The position numbers were made by a program, and so were the translations under genes. DNA of 17,805 nt, taken from assembly GCA_048939245.1 (NCBI GenBank), contig JBHLPR010000038.1, positions 1-17,805 on the forward strand. Reading direction: 5' to 3'. A model generated the notes under the pieces. It was not told the DNA's origin and searched no databases. It worked only from the letters and a program-made list of their open reading frames with translations. This DNA is from Promethearchaeota archaeon. Its GTDB lineage: Archaea > Asgardarchaeota > Hermodarchaeia > Hermodarchaeales > Hermodarchaeaceae. Shown here one piece after another: positions 16,818-17,805 of this stretch (position 1 is the stretch's first letter; the number at the start of each line of letters is the position of its first letter).

Positions 16818-16874
16818 TTATAAGCAACGATGAATAATGCCAGCGCCTTGTTCCATGTATTTGTTCATCACTCA
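16818..16874 (-). repeat. Actin 3'-end fragment, copy E: *VMNK-YMEQGAGIIHRCL*
   Basis: TAC ATG GAA CAA GGC GCT GGC ATT ATT CAT CGT TGC TTA TAA aligns with copies B and D. TTAGGAGGC follows after 14 nt. Confidence 0.88.
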
Positions 16875-16909
16875 TCGCGAATACTTTGATCCGTTTAGGC
16901 GTTTCGAGA

Positions 16910-17770
16910 TCACATAATCGTAACAATGTAGAAATCGTGATAGGACACAAAGAGGGGCTGTCCTAAGGAATCCACAACTACCCGTTGATAAAACCAGAAC
17001 TCGTCGTACCACCCATATGACCCCCTACCTCTCCGAATGATAGAGAGTTGCATATCAACGAAATACACATCCGTGAAATTCAACTGCAGATAGAGTGGTC
17101 CAACATAGCTGCCTAACCGCTCATATTCAAAACCAGCGTAACCAGACATTTCCCAATACCCTCCCCGCCAGAAAGATGAAGAACTAGATGAATCAAAACC
17201 ATACGGACCCCACCGTTGCACGATAAGACCATCATGGGAGGCAAAAACAACAGGCATATGATTCCCCCCAGATTCCAGCGCGGTCGCATTCAATGTCATA
17301 TTCATAGCCAGAAAATACGTACAGTTTGCCACATACGAAATTACTCGTCTACCCGGCGTAACATACGGATTGAACGTATGATTGATGGTCATATAACGAA
17401 ACAAGGTCGCATTTGACAGAAAGCTCGCTTCACTAATGGGAACTACCGAGTACTCGAGAACCCCTTGATAAAAACTCGCGTCTGAAAAATTGCTTACCCC
17501 ACCGACGGGAATCAAAGAGTACTCAAAGGTTTCTGCCATCATCAGCGCTGCAGCTTCATCCGGCGTATCGAACCAGCGACGCTCCATATACACAAACGAG
17601 CCCGGCCACTGCGTTCCAACACCCCACCACCACGCCCATAACGGAAGCAGAATAATCCCTAATACCACCACAAACACAAAACATACAGCAACAACCCACT
17701 TCCAATGAAGCTTACCTTTACCCTTTATCACCACCCAACCCACCAACACTAACCCTAACTCCCCCCTCAC
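16910..17770 (-). CDS. Hypothetical N-terminally membrane-anchored extracellular protein
   Basis: Basic patch plus TM helix, then an aromatic, beta-rich domain with several N-x-S/T sequons. The start codon is uncertain. Confidence 0.7.
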   Translation of the reverse strand: MRGELGLVLVGWVVIKGKGKLHWKWVVAVCFVFVVVLGIILLPLWAWWWGVGTQWPGSFVYMERRWFDTPDEAAALMMAETFEYSLIPVGGVSNFSDASFYQGVLEYSVVPISEASFLSNATLFRYMTINHTFNPYVTPGRRVISYVANCTYFLAMNMTLNATALESGGNHMPVVFASHDGLIVQRWGPYGFDSSSSSSFWRGGYWEMSGYAGFEYERLGSYVGPLYLQLNFTDVYFVDMQLSIIRRGRGSYGWYDEFWFYQRVVVDSLGQPLFVSYHDFYIVTIM

Positions 17771-17805
17771 TTATAAACAACCATTCTAAGCCCCCCCCAC
17801 AAGGC

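Larger units (their letters stand above)
8267..16874 (-). mobile_element. Putative additive genomic island: cargo blocks delimited by direct repeats of the actin gene 3' end (probably continues right of the window)
   Basis: Five co-oriented actin C-terminal fragments separate blocks of unrelated accessory genes. No integrase is seen in the window. Confidence 0.6.

Noticed and set aside
10913-16874. Interpreting the repeat as a C/D-box sRNA, SECIS, fluoride riboswitch or CRISPR repeat
   Set aside because: CTGA and TGATGA boxes and pairings are not conserved between copies, spacing is kilobases, and the actin translation explains the conservation better.
8267-16902. Interpreting the dispersed repeat as integron attC sites
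   Set aside because: No consistent RYYYAAC...GTTRRRY ends or conserved palindrome across copies. Variation follows codon structure, and cargo genes occur in both orientations.

Overview
Archaeal window, most likely Asgard (inferred from crenarchaeal-type SSBs, duplicated Lrp/AsnC wHTH regulators, TATA/GGTGA signals and actin fragments). The left end has two convergent single-OB-fold SSB paralogs. About 18 accessory genes follow: a serine hydrolase, two methyltransferases, an NYN protein, an extended SDR, an MBL-fold protein, a GNAT, Lrp-type regulators, and secreted or membrane proteins. The main observation is in the intergenic DNA. Five co-oriented minus-strand copies of a ~60-bp segment (at ~8288, 10913, 12003, 13511 and 16818) translate to the extreme C-terminus of actin. 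The best copy reads WVTKKEYLEQGAGVIHRCF*, against [20 protein letters not shown] in eukaryotic actin. Four copies also keep a shared 3'-UTR/terminator motif. The copies differ largely at synonymous positions, four start near the same codon, and they separate blocks of 1-3 unrelated cargo genes. This looks like an additive gene-cassette island built by repeated integration into the 3' end of an Asgard actin gene, predicted to lie beyond the right edge. No integrase and no full-length actin are visible in the window, so the mechanism is inference.
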